Assembly (NCBI GenBank): GCA_002429595.1
Contig: DJAM01000020.1
Location: forward strand, 39,035-103,034
DNA: 64,000 bases
From: Coxiellaceae bacterium UBA6002
GTDB taxonomy: Bacteria > Pseudomonadota > Gammaproteobacteria > UBA6002
Reading direction: 5' to 3'
Shown: positions 9,941-19,878 of the stretch, in pieces
How positions within the stretch are numbered: the stretch's first letter is position 1
How the letters are laid out: every line of letters starts with the position of its first letter
Program-made: the position numbers and the translations under genes
The notes under the pieces: generated by a model
Database searches by the model: none
What the model was told of the DNA's origin: nothing
What the model saw: the letters and a program-made list of their open reading frames with translations, nothing else

Positions 9941-10972
9941 TCAATTGCTATCCCAATTTAAAATAACTTTGCCTGCTTCTCCACTTGCCATGACCTCAAA
10001 TCCTTTTTGAAATTCATCAATGGGAAATCGATGAGTAATGACAGGCGTTACATCTAAGCCAGCTTGAATGAGGCTCGACATTTTGTACCAGGTTTCATAC
10101 ATTTCTCGGCCATAGATGCCTTTAATGGTCAGTCCTTTAAAAATAACCTGATCCCAATTGATTGCTGTATCCTGAGGTTGAATACCTAGCATGGCTATAT
10201 TGCCACCGTGATTAATGGATCGTAATAAATCGTTTAAAGCACGCGGGTTACCTGACATTTCTAACGCAACATCGTAACCTTCTCTGATATTAAGTTCTGG
10301 CATGACATCGACGATCGATTCATGCATTACATTGACCACTCGATCAGCGCCCATTTGTTTTGCTAAATTTAATCGGTAATCATTGACGTCCGAAATGACA
10401 ACATTTCTGCAACCAATTTTCTTCGCGATCGCAACCGCCATAATACCAATGGGCCCCGCGCCAGTAATTAACACATCCTCGCCAACCATATCAAAAGATA
10501 AAGCGGTGTGAGTCGCATTGCCAAGTGGATCTAAAATAGATCCCACCTCATCAGAAATTTCTTCGGGTAACTTAAAAATATTGCTGGCTGGAATCGACAA
10601 GTACTCTGCAAAACATCCCTGACGATTAACACCAATGCCGATCGTGTTACGACAAAGATGTTGCTCACCCGCACGACATCTTCGGCAATGGCCGCAAGTG
10701 ATGTGGCCTTCACCTGATACTCGATCGCCGATCTTCAAACCAGCGACTTCATCCCCCAGCGCCACAATCTCACCCATGAACTCGTGACCTACTGCCATCG
10801 GCACTGGAATGGTAGCTTTTGCCCAATCATCCCAATGGTAAATATGGATATCCGTGCCACAGATTGCCGTTTTTTTTATTTTCACCAAAACATCGTTGAC
10901 CCCAATTTGCGGTGTTGGAATATCGGTCATCCAGATGCCTGGCTCTGGTTTTAATTTGCAAAGTGCTTTCAT
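9941..10972 (-). CDS. tdh: L-threonine 3-dehydrogenase
   Basis: [41 protein letters not shown]. Confidence 0.95.
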   Translation of the reverse strand: MKALCKLKPEPGIWMTDIPTPQIGVNDVLVKIKKTAICGTDIHIYHWDDWAKATIPVPMAVGHEFMGEIVALGDEVAGLKIGDRVSGEGHITCGHCRRCRAGEQHLCRNTIGIGVNRQGCFAEYLSIPASNIFKLPEEISDEVGSILDPLGNATHTALSFDMVGEDVLITGAGPIGIMAVAIAKKIGCRNVVISDVNDYRLNLAKQMGADRVVNVMHESIVDVMPELNIREGYDVALEMSGNPRALNDLLRSINHGGNIAMLGIQPQDTAINWDQVIFKGLTIKGIYGREMYETWYKMSSLIQAGLDVTPVITHRFPIDEFQKGFEVMASGEAGKVILNWDSN

Positions 10973-10989
10973 ATAACCTCAATATACTG

Positions 10990-12174
10990 CTAGATGATGC
11001 CTAAATTTCGCCCCACTTTTTCAAATGCTGCTAATGCTTGATCGAGTTGTTGTTGCGTGTGAGCGGCCGATAATTGTGTTCGAATCCTCGCCAGGCCTTT
11101 GGGGACAACCGGATAAGAAAATGAAATCACATAAATTCCTTCACGCAGCAGTTGTTCTGCCATACTCGCCGACAATTTTGCATCTTTAATCATGACTGGA
11201 ATAATCGGGTGATCTCCCGGAATCAGCTCAAAACCTAATCGTTCAAGGCCAGAACGAAAATAAGCGCTATTGTATTTAAGTTGTTGGCGCAGTTGCGCAC
11301 CCTGCTCCAGCATGTTGAGTACTTCAATTGAGACGGCGGTAATCATCGGTGCTAACGAATTTGAAAACAGATACGGACGGGAACGCTGGCGCAACAATGT
11401 AATGACTTCCTTTTTGCCACTCGTATAACCACCAGATGCACCACCTAATGCTTTACCAAGTGTCCCGGTAATGATATCAACGCGCCCCATGACATGATGA
11501 TATTCATGCGTCCCTTTACCTGTTTCGCCCATAAAGCCTACCGCATGGGAATCATCGACCATGACGAGTGCCTGATACTTTTTTGCCAAATCACAAATTG
11601 CTGGCAGGTTGGCTATAATGCCGTCCATTGAAAAAACCCCATCGGTCGCAATGAGTCGATAGCGGCAAGGTTGTGCTTCTTTAAGTTTTTCTTCAAGGTC
11701 CGCCATATCATTATTGTGATAACGTAGGCGCTTGGCTTTGCAAAGACGTATCCCATCAATGATACTAGCATGATTTAAACTATCACTGATGACGCAATCT
11801 TGTTCGGTGAGAATAGTTTCAAATAAACCACCGTTGGCATCAAAGCAGGAAGAATACAAAATAGTATCTTCGGTTCCCAAGAAATGGCTGATTCGCTCCT
11901 CAAGTTGTTTGTGTATTATTTGAGTGCCACAAATAAAACGCACCGACGACATTCCATAGCCGTATTTATCTAATGCTTCTTTGCCAGCTCTAATAAGATC
12001 CGGATGATCAGATAATCCCAAATAATTATTGGCACATAAATTGATAACGTTCGTGCCGCCATTGACGACAATATCTGATTTCTGCGGACTTATAATGACG
12101 CGTTCATTTTTATATAAGCCTGCTTCTTTGATCTGATTAATTTCTTGATTGAGATGAACAAAAAAATCTTCCAT
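10990..12174 (-). CDS. kbl: 2-amino-3-ketobutyrate CoA ligase (glycine C-acetyltransferase)
   Basis: [41 protein letters not shown]. Confidence 0.95.
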   Translation of the reverse strand: MEDFFVHLNQEINQIKEAGLYKNERVIISPQKSDIVVNGGTNVINLCANNYLGLSDHPDLIRAGKEALDKYGYGMSSVRFICGTQIIHKQLEERISHFLGTEDTILYSSCFDANGGLFETILTEQDCVISDSLNHASIIDGIRLCKAKRLRYHNNDMADLEEKLKEAQPCRYRLIATDGVFSMDGIIANLPAICDLAKKYQALVMVDDSHAVGFMGETGKGTHEYHHVMGRVDIITGTLGKALGGASGGYTSGKKEVITLLRQRSRPYLFSNSLAPMITAVSIEVLNMLEQGAQLRQQLKYNSAYFRSGLERLGFELIPGDHPIIPVMIKDAKLSASMAEQLLREGIYVISFSYPVVPKGLARIRTQLSAAHTQQQLDQALAAFEKVGRNLGII

Positions 12175-12188
12175 TGCGATACCACTCT

Positions 12189-13103
12189 TTAGTTTTCGGT
12201 TGCTGTTAAGCCGTCAAAAAGAGGCCATAAATCCCGTAGAAATTGACTAAATTCACCAGTCATAATGGCGAAATCCAAATCGACCTGCTCTTTTTCCGAC
12301 AGCGCTTTGGTGTCTTCACGTTGATTTTTGATTAACTCTAAAAACTTAATACGACGGATAGCAAGATCTTCACTTAAGTCGAATGAAATTTTATCTTGCC
12401 ATTTTAAAGCTAACTTAACGATCTGCTTTCCGGTGTGTAAATGACTTAAGATTTCATCGGCATTTAAATCGTGCTCTTTACATTTGATCATAGCTGTTTT
12501 TTGCTTTGGGTCTAACATTTCACAATTATTTTGCACAGTAAAAAAAGGCAAGTTCTCTTTACCCACCAGCCACTGGGTCATAATGTTTTCAGGTTTACTT
12601 TTGGTTTGGGGTAATGCAAGTTTCAATGATCCTAGTGTTTTTCTCAAGAATGAACAGAGCTCTTCCGCTTTGTTGCGACTACTGCTATCAATTACTAGGT
12701 AGTTAGAATGAGTATCAAGATACGCAAAAATAATTTTTTTTCGTGAAAAGGCTTGGTGTCTTAAATTAATAATAATTTGGTCCCGTAATTCCTTTTTTTC
12801 TTTACGATACACTGGACGATCTTCTGCTTTCTCGATCAATGCCAGTTTTTTTTCTAACTCCTCTTTAATGACACTACCTGGTAAAATCTTTTCTTCTTTA
12901 CAAAACGCAATTAAATAAAATCCGGACAGATTGTGAACAAGAACTTGACTATCTAACCCGAAAGGACTGACCCAACCTAAGCTTGCACTTTCAGATTTTG
13001 GACAAGGCATAAAAATGGCCTTAGCTAATAGAGCTTCAAGTTCCTCTGCAGAATACTGAAAATTTTCGGTTAGCTGATACAAGGTGATATTTTTAAAAAA
13101 CAT
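12189..13103 (-). CDS. rdgC: Recombination-associated protein RdgC
   Basis: [42 protein letters not shown]. Confidence 0.9.
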   Translation of the reverse strand: MFFKNITLYQLTENFQYSAEELEALLAKAIFMPCPKSESASLGWVSPFGLDSQVLVHNLSGFYLIAFCKEEKILPGSVIKEELEKKLALIEKAEDRPVYRKEKKELRDQIIINLRHQAFSRKKIIFAYLDTHSNYLVIDSSSRNKAEELCSFLRKTLGSLKLALPQTKSKPENIMTQWLVGKENLPFFTVQNNCEMLDPKQKTAMIKCKEHDLNADEILSHLHTGKQIVKLALKWQDKISFDLSEDLAIRRIKFLELIKNQREDTKALSEKEQVDLDFAIMTGEFSQFLRDLWPLFDGLTATEN

Positions 13104-13125
13104 AGTTAATCTCTTTTCTGCGTGA

Positions 13126-13920
13126 TTATTTTAAGGTGTTCGACTTAACCAATTGCCATTTACCATCATTTTTTTGAAAACTGCATTTAGAGCGTTCTCT
13201 AAATAACAATTGATGATATTCATTTACGGTTATCGTGAGTTCATCTCGATTTTTTGCTTCAATCAAATTATATGAATTGCTTTCGCCACGAAGACGCGTG
13301 GAAACTGCTGTTCCTGCCTGTACTATTAATGTCCTAATATCCAGCGCGGTAATATGAGAGCCACAAACATTTGCTGTGGCTTTATGTAAATGACCCGATA
13401 AGATGAGATCGATGTCCAATTCTTTCAAAATATTGTGATGATGAGGTGTCGTAAATAATTCTTCGAATGGATGGTGTACTACTAAAATTTTAATACCGTA
13501 ATTAGCTAATGCAAACTTTTCCTGAAGTGTTGTCAGCTGTAGGTGAGTCACTCGTCCAGACTTCCAGGTAAAGGAATAAGCCGTGTTAATGCCGATGACA
13601 CAAAGCAGGTCATCAATATAAGAAGGATAAAAGTCAGCGTTAATGTACTTGATGTAACGATTAAACGGCGCCAAAAAACGTCGGGTGACATCATACAAGG
13701 GTACGTCGTGGTTGCCTGGTACGATGATCTTTGGAAAACGTATTTTACGAAGAAATTGCCCCGCTGCTTCAAATTGTTTACGACGCGCACGTTGGGTAAG
13801 ATCGCCACTGACAACAACCAAATCAGGTTTATGTGCTTCAATATCTTCTAATAAGACGTTAGCAACTTCTTGGTCTTCACGTCCAAAATGTAAATCGGAA
13901 ATATGAATGATTTTTTTCAT
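13126..13920 (-). CDS. Calcineurin-like metallophosphoesterase
   Basis: HISDLHFG, SGDLTQRA, PGNHD, HHP, SGHLH. Confidence 0.9.
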   Translation of the reverse strand: MKKIIHISDLHFGREDQEVANVLLEDIEAHKPDLVVVSGDLTQRARRKQFEAAGQFLRKIRFPKIIVPGNHDVPLYDVTRRFLAPFNRYIKYINADFYPSYIDDLLCVIGINTAYSFTWKSGRVTHLQLTTLQEKFALANYGIKILVVHHPFEELFTTPHHHNILKELDIDLILSGHLHKATANVCGSHITALDIRTLIVQAGTAVSTRLRGESNSYNLIEAKNRDELTITVNEYHQLLFRERSKCSFQKNDGKWQLVKSNTLK

Positions 13921-14837
13921 CGTGTTTCTTCTGAAATAATTACAGTTAATTTTCGTGGCTGTATTTTATACAATAAGGGCGCACTCATGCGAAAAACCTC
14001 ACCATCGACTGTCACATCCACTAATTTTTTTTCAACATTTATCTGGCATTGTGTGACGCTTTGAATAGCAAACTTTCCTTTAATATGTTTTTTTCGAAAG
14101 AACAAGACATCAAATAATAACTTCAAAAAATCAGAGCGTGACACTGAACTGTTGATATAAAGAGTCAACAAGCCTTCTTGTAGTGTTTGACGTCGCGCCA
14201 ACTTCAAAAATTCAAGTTCATAGCAATTATTTGAAACAAACACTAGCGGTGTCGTGACGGTTAACAGATGGCCTTCGAATTCATAAGATGCTTTTAGGAG
14301 TGGTAACTCTTTAAGCACATTAATCGTGGCAAAGGTCATTGCTAACCATTTTACCCAATTTCGAAATAATAATCGGTATCGTACTGCTCTGCTATACAAT
14401 CCTATTGAGGAATTATTTAAAAAATAGACCTCATTTACTTTCGCCACGTCTATTTTTTTTACGGACCCTTTTAAAATGAGCTCAACACAGCTAGCATAAT
14501 CCTGCGGTAGCATTAAGTCCTTAGCTAAGTGATTATACGTTCCAAACGGAATAATTCCTAAAGTAATCTCCTCTTCAATAAATTTATTAACAACCGCATT
14601 GATTGTGCCATCTCCTCCTGCAACAATCACTAAGCGAGTCTGAGGTAGATCTTCTTTTGATAAAATAGCTAACTGGTAAACGCTAACCATTTTAGGATAA
14701 AGATGATTATCCTTTAAAATTGTTATCAGCTCACCCAAATTTTTTTGATGTTTTAATCGCCTCGCACCTGATGTTGGATTATAGATTAATAAACAGTTTG
14801 TGCCCTCTTCATTGTGATTGGGTGTGCTAACTGCCAT
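13917..14837 (-). CDS. Diacylglycerol/lipid kinase family protein
   Basis: NPTSG, AGGDGTIN, GTYNHLAKDL, DGE; start 14837 or 14852, both overlapping the rep stop. Confidence 0.85.
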   Translation of the reverse strand: MAVSTPNHNEEGTNCLLIYNPTSGARRLKHQKNLGELITILKDNHLYPKMVSVYQLAILSKEDLPQTRLVIVAGGDGTINAVVNKFIEEEITLGIIPFGTYNHLAKDLMLPQDYASCVELILKGSVKKIDVAKVNEVYFLNNSSIGLYSRAVRYRLLFRNWVKWLAMTFATINVLKELPLLKASYEFEGHLLTVTTPLVFVSNNCYELEFLKLARRQTLQEGLLTLYINSSVSRSDFLKLLFDVLFFRKKHIKGKFAIQSVTQCQINVEKKLVDVTVDGEVFRMSAPLLYKIQPRKLTVIISEETR

Positions 14838-16110
14838 CTGATAAAATTCCAACGCCTGCTGCTAGAAATTGCTCTAAATTGCCTTGAGCCGGCAATAAGC
14901 TCGGATATTGTTCGCGCAAAAAATGCCGAAAGACACTCTTCACTATTTGATTCTCCAAGCCATTGCAACGATATTTCTTCATCATGAAATGATTATTAGT
15001 TTGAGTTAAATGTGTTTCAAAAGCTACCAATAATTGTGCTTGCCTCTCAAGGCTAAAATTGTCATAAGCACGATCTACTTTCTGACTTTCTTCAAGATAA
15101 AATCGATCAGTCATTGCCGCTTGTTGCTTAGTTTTTTCATACGAGTCGACTAAAATGGAACGTTGTTTAACAGTAACAAAATCTTCGCTCAAGGCACTTT
15201 TTAGGTAAGCGGCGTAATTTCTTACGCGTCCGTTCTTAAATGCGGCAGAATTAATCACAATCGCGATTTTTTCCTGAATATAGGCAGCCTCATAACGAGC
15301 CAAGATTTGATCTGCCTGCGTCTGGCTTAACCCAAAATCGGACAATAAAATCTGGCGTAGCTCTGCTACCGCGCCCTCCCCTGCTGGCTTATCCTCATTT
15401 TTGTCTGCTTGGAATACATTTTTATGTAACTTGAATCGAATTCGGTTGACTTGATGACCTTGTCGCTCAATCTCCGGTTCTACTCGGATTTCGGCATAGC
15501 GATTGATTTCCTCGATCGATTTATCAATCACCCTGCGTTTAAAATCACGAAAAATGACGTACTTATCATCCGGGACACCCATTAATTTCCTAAAGGTACT
15601 TAAGGCAAACCATCGGGTGTGAGAAAGGTTTTGATAACGAATACAATTCTCATAGAGAGCTAACGCATAGTTTGACTTAAATTTTGCTTGGACTGAGATA
15701 TTAATTCGGCCATACATCTCGGGCATGAATAATAATTTTTTGAGATGGCTACTGTAGGAATAGGTACAAAGACCATTGCGAATCCCAACGCTTGCTAGAA
15801 TTGAACTGGCATTCCAATCCTCCTGATGCGGGTCTTTTTTATCGCCTAATAAATTCCATTCAATCACAGTTGAGATAAGTGCCTTTAATGCTTTTTTGAT
15901 ACTGTCATAGTCATGACTACTATATCCGATCAAGGAACATAATGTTTTAATTGGAATGATATGCTCTTCTGTCGATAAAAGTTCATCAAAGGCATGGTAT
16001 AGCAAGACATTGCTAATTTTGCGCTGTAACAGCGACAAGGTGTTGGAACAGTGAATACTGCCAACATGTTTTTTTAATTCAAGCTCCTTAGGGTCTTTTT
16101 CACTTAACAT
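14827..16110 (-). CDS. Plasmid-type replication initiator (Rep_3/RepB family)
   Basis: LKKHVGSIH..LSLLQRK, FKSNYALALYE, FRKLMGV..Y..FRDFKRRVI..SIEEIN, RQGHQVNRIRF; adjacent iterons and parAB. Confidence 0.9.
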   Translation of the reverse strand: MLSEKDPKELELKKHVGSIHCSNTLSLLQRKISNVLLYHAFDELLSTEEHIIPIKTLCSLIGYSSHDYDSIKKALKALISTVIEWNLLGDKKDPHQEDWNASSILASVGIRNGLCTYSYSSHLKKLLFMPEMYGRINISVQAKFKSNYALALYENCIRYQNLSHTRWFALSTFRKLMGVPDDKYVIFRDFKRRVIDKSIEEINRYAEIRVEPEIERQGHQVNRIRFKLHKNVFQADKNEDKPAGEGAVAELRQILLSDFGLSQTQADQILARYEAAYIQEKIAIVINSAAFKNGRVRNYAAYLKSALSEDFVTVKQRSILVDSYEKTKQQAAMTDRFYLEESQKVDRAYDNFSLERQAQLLVAFETHLTQTNNHFMMKKYRCNGLENQIVKSVFRHFLREQYPSLLPAQGNLEQFLAAGVGILSDGS

Positions 16111-16131
16111 CCTAGTATTCCTTCACGTAAT

Positions 16132-16146
16132 CCTGTAGACGTCACA
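16132..16146 (+). promoter_or_regulatory. Isolated iteron in the rep leader (CCTGTAGACGTCACA)
   Basis: Matches consensus CCTGTnnnYGTCACA, about 22 nt upstream of the rep ATG. Confidence 0.8.
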
Positions 16147-16271
16147 TTATGATGGCTAGACAGGATGCTTCGTGCCTGCCCAAGTCTAATTCTGCCACAA
16201 ATTCGATAATTATTTATAATAATTGCGTATTTTTAATAGAGTATTATTATTTTTTATCGTCAAACTCTCTT

Positions 16272-16372
16272 CCTGTGGACGTCACACTTGTGCCTGTAAA
16301 CGTCACAGTTAAGTCCTGTATTTGTCACAGTATCATCCTGTGACTGTCACATGCTACCCCGTAAATGTCACA
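16272..16372 (+). repeat. Iteron array: five 15-bp direct repeats, putative replication origin
   Basis: CCTGTGGACGTCACA 16272, CCTGTAAACGTCACA 16293, CCTGTATTTGTCACA 16315, CCTGTGACTGTCACA 16337, CCCGTAAATGTCACA 16358; spacing 21/22/22/21. Confidence 0.92.
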
Positions 16373-16380
16373 GTATTGGC

Positions 16381-16486
16381 ATTTTTTATTAATAAATTCA
16401 TGCTCTTACAGGGTCTAAACTATTTAAACTTAATTAAACAAAGAAACACACAAGAGAGATTTTTTTAATTCTTTATTTAATCAATT
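16381..16486. other. AT-rich tract next to the iterons, putative DNA unwinding element
   Basis: ATTTTTTATTAATAAATT and ATTTAAACTTAATTAAA runs directly after the last iteron. Confidence 0.55.
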
Positions 16487-16578
16487 ACCAGGGAATGCAG
16501 ATTAGCATAACGACATCTATTCAGCTATGCAATAATAAGCTACTCTATGTCATACATTACTCTTAAGAAGGAACTATT

Positions 16579-17463
16579 ATGTATATCGTTGCACCTGTCA
16601 ATAATAAAGGTGGTGTTGGTAAATCGACAGTCAGTCGTTTACTACTTGAATACTTCTCGGCGGTTTGCGGCTATCGGACGTTAGCACTTGATCTTGATCC
16701 ACAATGTAACTTATCCAGGCGCTTCTTAAAAATGGAGATAGATCCAGTCGATACGCAGGGTGTATTGCCACCCCAACATCCTGATTATGATCCAAATGAT
16801 CCTGACGATAATGCCACTTGGAGTGGTCGTAGTTCCATTGCAGATATTTTCTATGGGGAACCAGTCTTCCCCTACGCTACCAACATTCCAACCTTAGATA
16901 TCGCTCCTGGACATTCAGCAAAACTGTTGGCAGCTGAAGCGGTTCGCAAATCGGAAGTGTCAGAAAAGGTGCATTCACAGCTGAAATTATTTTTGGATCT
17001 TCCTGAAGTAAAAGCTGCATACGATATGGTTGTCATCGACACCCCACCTTCAAAAGGCCCCCTTACTATCAGCGTTGTTAAAGCAGCTACTCATATATTA
17101 ATTCCATCGATCATGGAGCCTCAGCCTATTGAAGGTGTGTTTGGTATGTTGCAACTGTGGAAGCAAGAGCAACTACAACGCAGTAATGCGAACCCCCTTA
17201 ACCTAATTGGCATTTTGCCCAACATGTTTCGTAATGTTCGCTTGCATCAAGATTTACTCATCGAACTTAAAGAGAATCGGGCAATCTCAGAATTTGTTTT
17301 GCCTTTGTGTCTGGGTCAACGTACTATTTTTTCCGAAATGGATGCAGAAGGGGCTTCTGCCGCCACTGTTTTTGAATTGCCGGACCACAATAAGGCCAAA
17401 TTGGAAGCTCTTGCAGCCTGTGATCACATTGCTAAAAGGATCCACAATCATGACGAAGCGTAA
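16579..17463 (+). CDS. parA: ParA family partition ATPase (no N-terminal HTH)
   Basis: NNKGGVGKST deviant Walker A, DLDPQCN, VIDTPP; AAGGAA RBS. Confidence 0.92.
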   Translation: MYIVAPVNNKGGVGKSTVSRLLLEYFSAVCGYRTLALDLDPQCNLSRRFLKMEIDPVDTQGVLPPQHPDYDPNDPDDNATWSGRSSIADIFYGEPVFPYATNIPTLDIAPGHSAKLLAAEAVRKSEVSEKVHSQLKLFLDLPEVKAAYDMVVIDTPPSKGPLTISVVKAATHILIPSIMEPQPIEGVFGMLQLWKQEQLQRSNANPLNLIGILPNMFRNVRLHQDLLIELKENRAISEFVLPLCLGQRTIFSEMDAEGASAATVFELPDHNKAKLEALAACDHIAKRIHNHDEA

Positions 17464-18460
17464 AGTATTTGGAATCTCGAAAGATCTCAATGAAGGAATG
17501 AGTCAAACCATCAATGCAGCCAAAAATAATGCCGGCCAACTGCGTTATGAAGTCATTCCCTTGTCTAAAATCAAGCTTGACCCGAACAATCCACGTAAAT
17601 TAGCGCTAAAACTGGATGACATTAAAGAAGATATTGTTCTTGAAAGCCATGATCCTCTTTATGATCGCAAGAAAAAGGAGCTGGATGGTATTAAAAGCTT
17701 GGCGACTTCAATTAAAAAGCAGGGTGTCCGTAATGCTGTTGAGGTCTATAAAGACGGCGTCCATTACCGTTTAATTTCCGGTGAACGACGCGTCTTAGCG
17801 TCGTTGTTAGCTGGCAAGGAAGATATTCCTGCGCGGATTATTGATGATCAGCCGAGCGAATTTGATATTCGTTATCTCCAGTGGATTGAGAATATCGAAC
17901 GAGAAGATTTAAGTATTTGGGAACGGTTGCAGAATGTCCAACAATTAATCACCGCCTATGCTCAAAACGAACAAGTCACGGTGACAGCCACGTTGTTAAA
18001 AGATCTTATTGGATGTAGTTTGCCGCACGCTATGACTTACCTTGCTGTTCTCCAAGCACCCATGGATGTCCAACAATTACTGCAGGAGAATGTGCTCACT
18101 AATTTAGAAAAAGCGGCCCTGCTTAGCAAAACCCAAGACCCCTCGTTGCGGGCGCAATTAGTCAAAGCCTGTGTTCAGGACAATTTACCATTAGCTGCTC
18201 TTAAAAAAATAGCCCTCGATCACGGGAAACCCGCTATCAAACCCATCATGCCCAAAAGAGTAGGGCGCACAGCAAAGCGAATTACCCTGGGCTATACCAC
18301 TCAGATTCTGGTGGTCCAAAAACTGATGACATCAGCGCTTTCGTTGCCCGAGTTTGCTACCCATAGCGACCATTTCGCGAGCCTTGACTGGAATAATCTT
18401 GCTGACGTGAGCAAAGCGTTTCAAAAGTTAATTAAGATCATGGAAGCGCGTACCGCGTAA
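17450..18460 (+). CDS. parB: ParB family partition protein (plasmid-type)
   Basis: DPNNPR, LISGERRVLA, ENIEREDLS; likely ATG 17450 overlapping the parA stop. Confidence 0.88.
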   Translation: MTKRKVFGISKDLNEGMSQTINAAKNNAGQLRYEVIPLSKIKLDPNNPRKLALKLDDIKEDIVLESHDPLYDRKKKELDGIKSLATSIKKQGVRNAVEVYKDGVHYRLISGERRVLASLLAGKEDIPARIIDDQPSEFDIRYLQWIENIEREDLSIWERLQNVQQLITAYAQNEQVTVTATLLKDLIGCSLPHAMTYLAVLQAPMDVQQLLQENVLTNLEKAALLSKTQDPSLRAQLVKACVQDNLPLAALKKIALDHGKPAIKPIMPKRVGRTAKRITLGYTTQILVVQKLMTSALSLPEFATHSDHFASLDWNNLADVSKAFQKLIKIMEARTA

Positions 18461-18479
18461 ATTATCTAGAGAGTAATTC

Positions 18480-18818
18480 ATGGTGACCAAACTTAAAACA
18501 ACCGTTCGTCTTCCCCAAACTACACGGCGTGAAATGATCAATGCCGTCATAGCCGATGGTTATGGTCTACGCGGTAAGAGTCGCTGGATCTGTGAAGCAA
18601 TACAACAACTGCTCAAAAGACATAATTTCCCTGAGTTAGTCGATATCGGTAATGAGCTAAGCGGCCTTTATGATGTGGAGGCTATTTATCTCACGCCAGA
18701 GCTTAAAGGGTTGCTTGACCAGGCGCTAATCGCGGTGCGAAAAACATACCCGTCGATGGAAGGTGTGCAAAGCTGTATCATTCGCACCAGTATTATTCAG
18801 CGATTATTACGCTCTTAG
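18480..18818 (+). CDS. Hypothetical protein, possible tandem ribbon-helix-helix, third gene of the par operon
   Basis: Two similar halves (TTVRLP...KSRWICEAIQQLL / EAIYLT...QSCIIRTSIIQRL); 19 nt after parB. Confidence 0.7.
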   Translation: MVTKLKTTVRLPQTTRREMINAVIADGYGLRGKSRWICEAIQQLLKRHNFPELVDIGNELSGLYDVEAIYLTPELKGLLDQALIAVRKTYPSMEGVQSCIIRTSIIQRLLRS

Positions 18819-18906
18819 TTAAGTGACTTAACTTGGGCTTAAGTCTTTGAAAAATATATAATTAGTTAATATTTAATTCTTGTTTCAAATTGCCTAACCC
18901 GAAAAG

Positions 18907-18921
18907 TGTGACATTTACAGG
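18907..18921 (-). promoter_or_regulatory. Distal inverted iteron (CCTGTAAATGTCACA on the minus strand)
   Basis: TGTGACATTTACAGG is a perfect consensus match in reverse orientation. Confidence 0.75.
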
Positions 18922-19028
18922 ATGTTCCACATAGAACAATCACCTGACAGACGGTATGAGAAAATTGAAAAAAACAAAAAACACTCTAGACTAGGGTTTC
19001 ATTCATTTAAGACCCATAGGGAAAAACT

Positions 19029-19769
19029 ATGCAGTATTTGCATAAGATAGGCGCCTGGATAGTACATTTGTTCACAGCAAGCGGAGCGGTTTTAGGGGTC
19101 TACGCTATCGATGCTGCCTATCAACAACACTATTTAACAATGTTCTGGTTAGTCGGGATTGCGATCATTGTTGATGCCTTAGACGGAACCTTGGCCCGTT
19201 GGATTAAAGTGAAATCACAACTGCCGTTGTTTGATGGTGCCTTGCTAGACAATATTGTAGATTACCTGAACTATGTGATTGTCCCGGCGATTTTTTTACT
19301 GACCGGCCCATTATTACCTCTTAAGTTTCGTGCCTTGGGTGCTGTGGTGATCGTGCTAACGTCTGCATACCAATTTTGTCAGGCGGAAGCCAAAACATCC
19401 GATCATTTTTTCAAAGGTTTTCCGAGTTACTGGAATATTGTGGTTTTTTATCTCTACTTCTGGCAGATTCAACCACACGTGAACCTGATGATTATTTTGT
19501 TTTTGGCGGTGTTAATCTTTGTGCCAATTAAATATGTTTACCCGTCAAGGTTAGAGTTTTTTGCTGAGAAGAAGATCTTTCGTCTTGGAATGGGGCTTGC
19601 GACATTGTTGTGGGGCGCTGCGACCTTTGGTTTACTCTTTATTTATCCAAAAACAAATAGTATTATGGTCTGTATTTCAATGGGTTACTTGCTACTGTAT
19701 ACAGTTGTAAGTGTTTTTAAAACGTATACTCTACCTGTAAAAAAGTGTGCTGCACGACTTTTAAATTAA
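19029..19769 (+). CDS. pcs: Phosphatidylcholine synthase
   Basis: AWIVHLFTASG, DALDGTLAR, DGALLDNIVDYLNYV, DHFFKGFPSYWN, PIKYVYPSR. Confidence 0.92.
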   Translation: MQYLHKIGAWIVHLFTASGAVLGVYAIDAAYQQHYLTMFWLVGIAIIVDALDGTLARWIKVKSQLPLFDGALLDNIVDYLNYVIVPAIFLLTGPLLPLKFRALGAVVIVLTSAYQFCQAEAKTSDHFFKGFPSYWNIVVFYLYFWQIQPHVNLMIILFLAVLIFVPIKYVYPSRLEFFAEKKIFRLGMGLATLLWGAATFGLLFIYPKTNSIMVCISMGYLLLYTVVSVFKTYTLPVKKCAARLLN

Positions 19770-19878
19770 ATAATAACGCCTGGTAGCTGTAACATGTTCT
19801 ACAAATCGAATGAATTTTTCATTGATTGCATATTATTTGGTAGAATAAGTCACCCTTGACTCCCTAGAGGGAAGAAGC

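Noticed and set aside
16149-16343. 64-aa ORF in the rep-parA intergenic region
   Set aside because: It runs through the iterons, has no RBS and has an atypical composition; likely spurious
16272-16372. Possible mini CRISPR array
   Set aside because: The period is only 21-22 bp with 6-7 bp spacers, there are no cas genes, and it sits between rep and parA, so these are iterons
17207-17449. N-terminal extension of ParB in the ORF track
   Set aside because: It overlaps parA out of frame from a non-ATG start; ATG 17450 with an AAGGA RBS is more plausible
14827-19000. Canonical DnaA boxes (TTATCCACA) or chromosomal parS near the iteron origin
   Set aside because: No convincing matches were seen by eye
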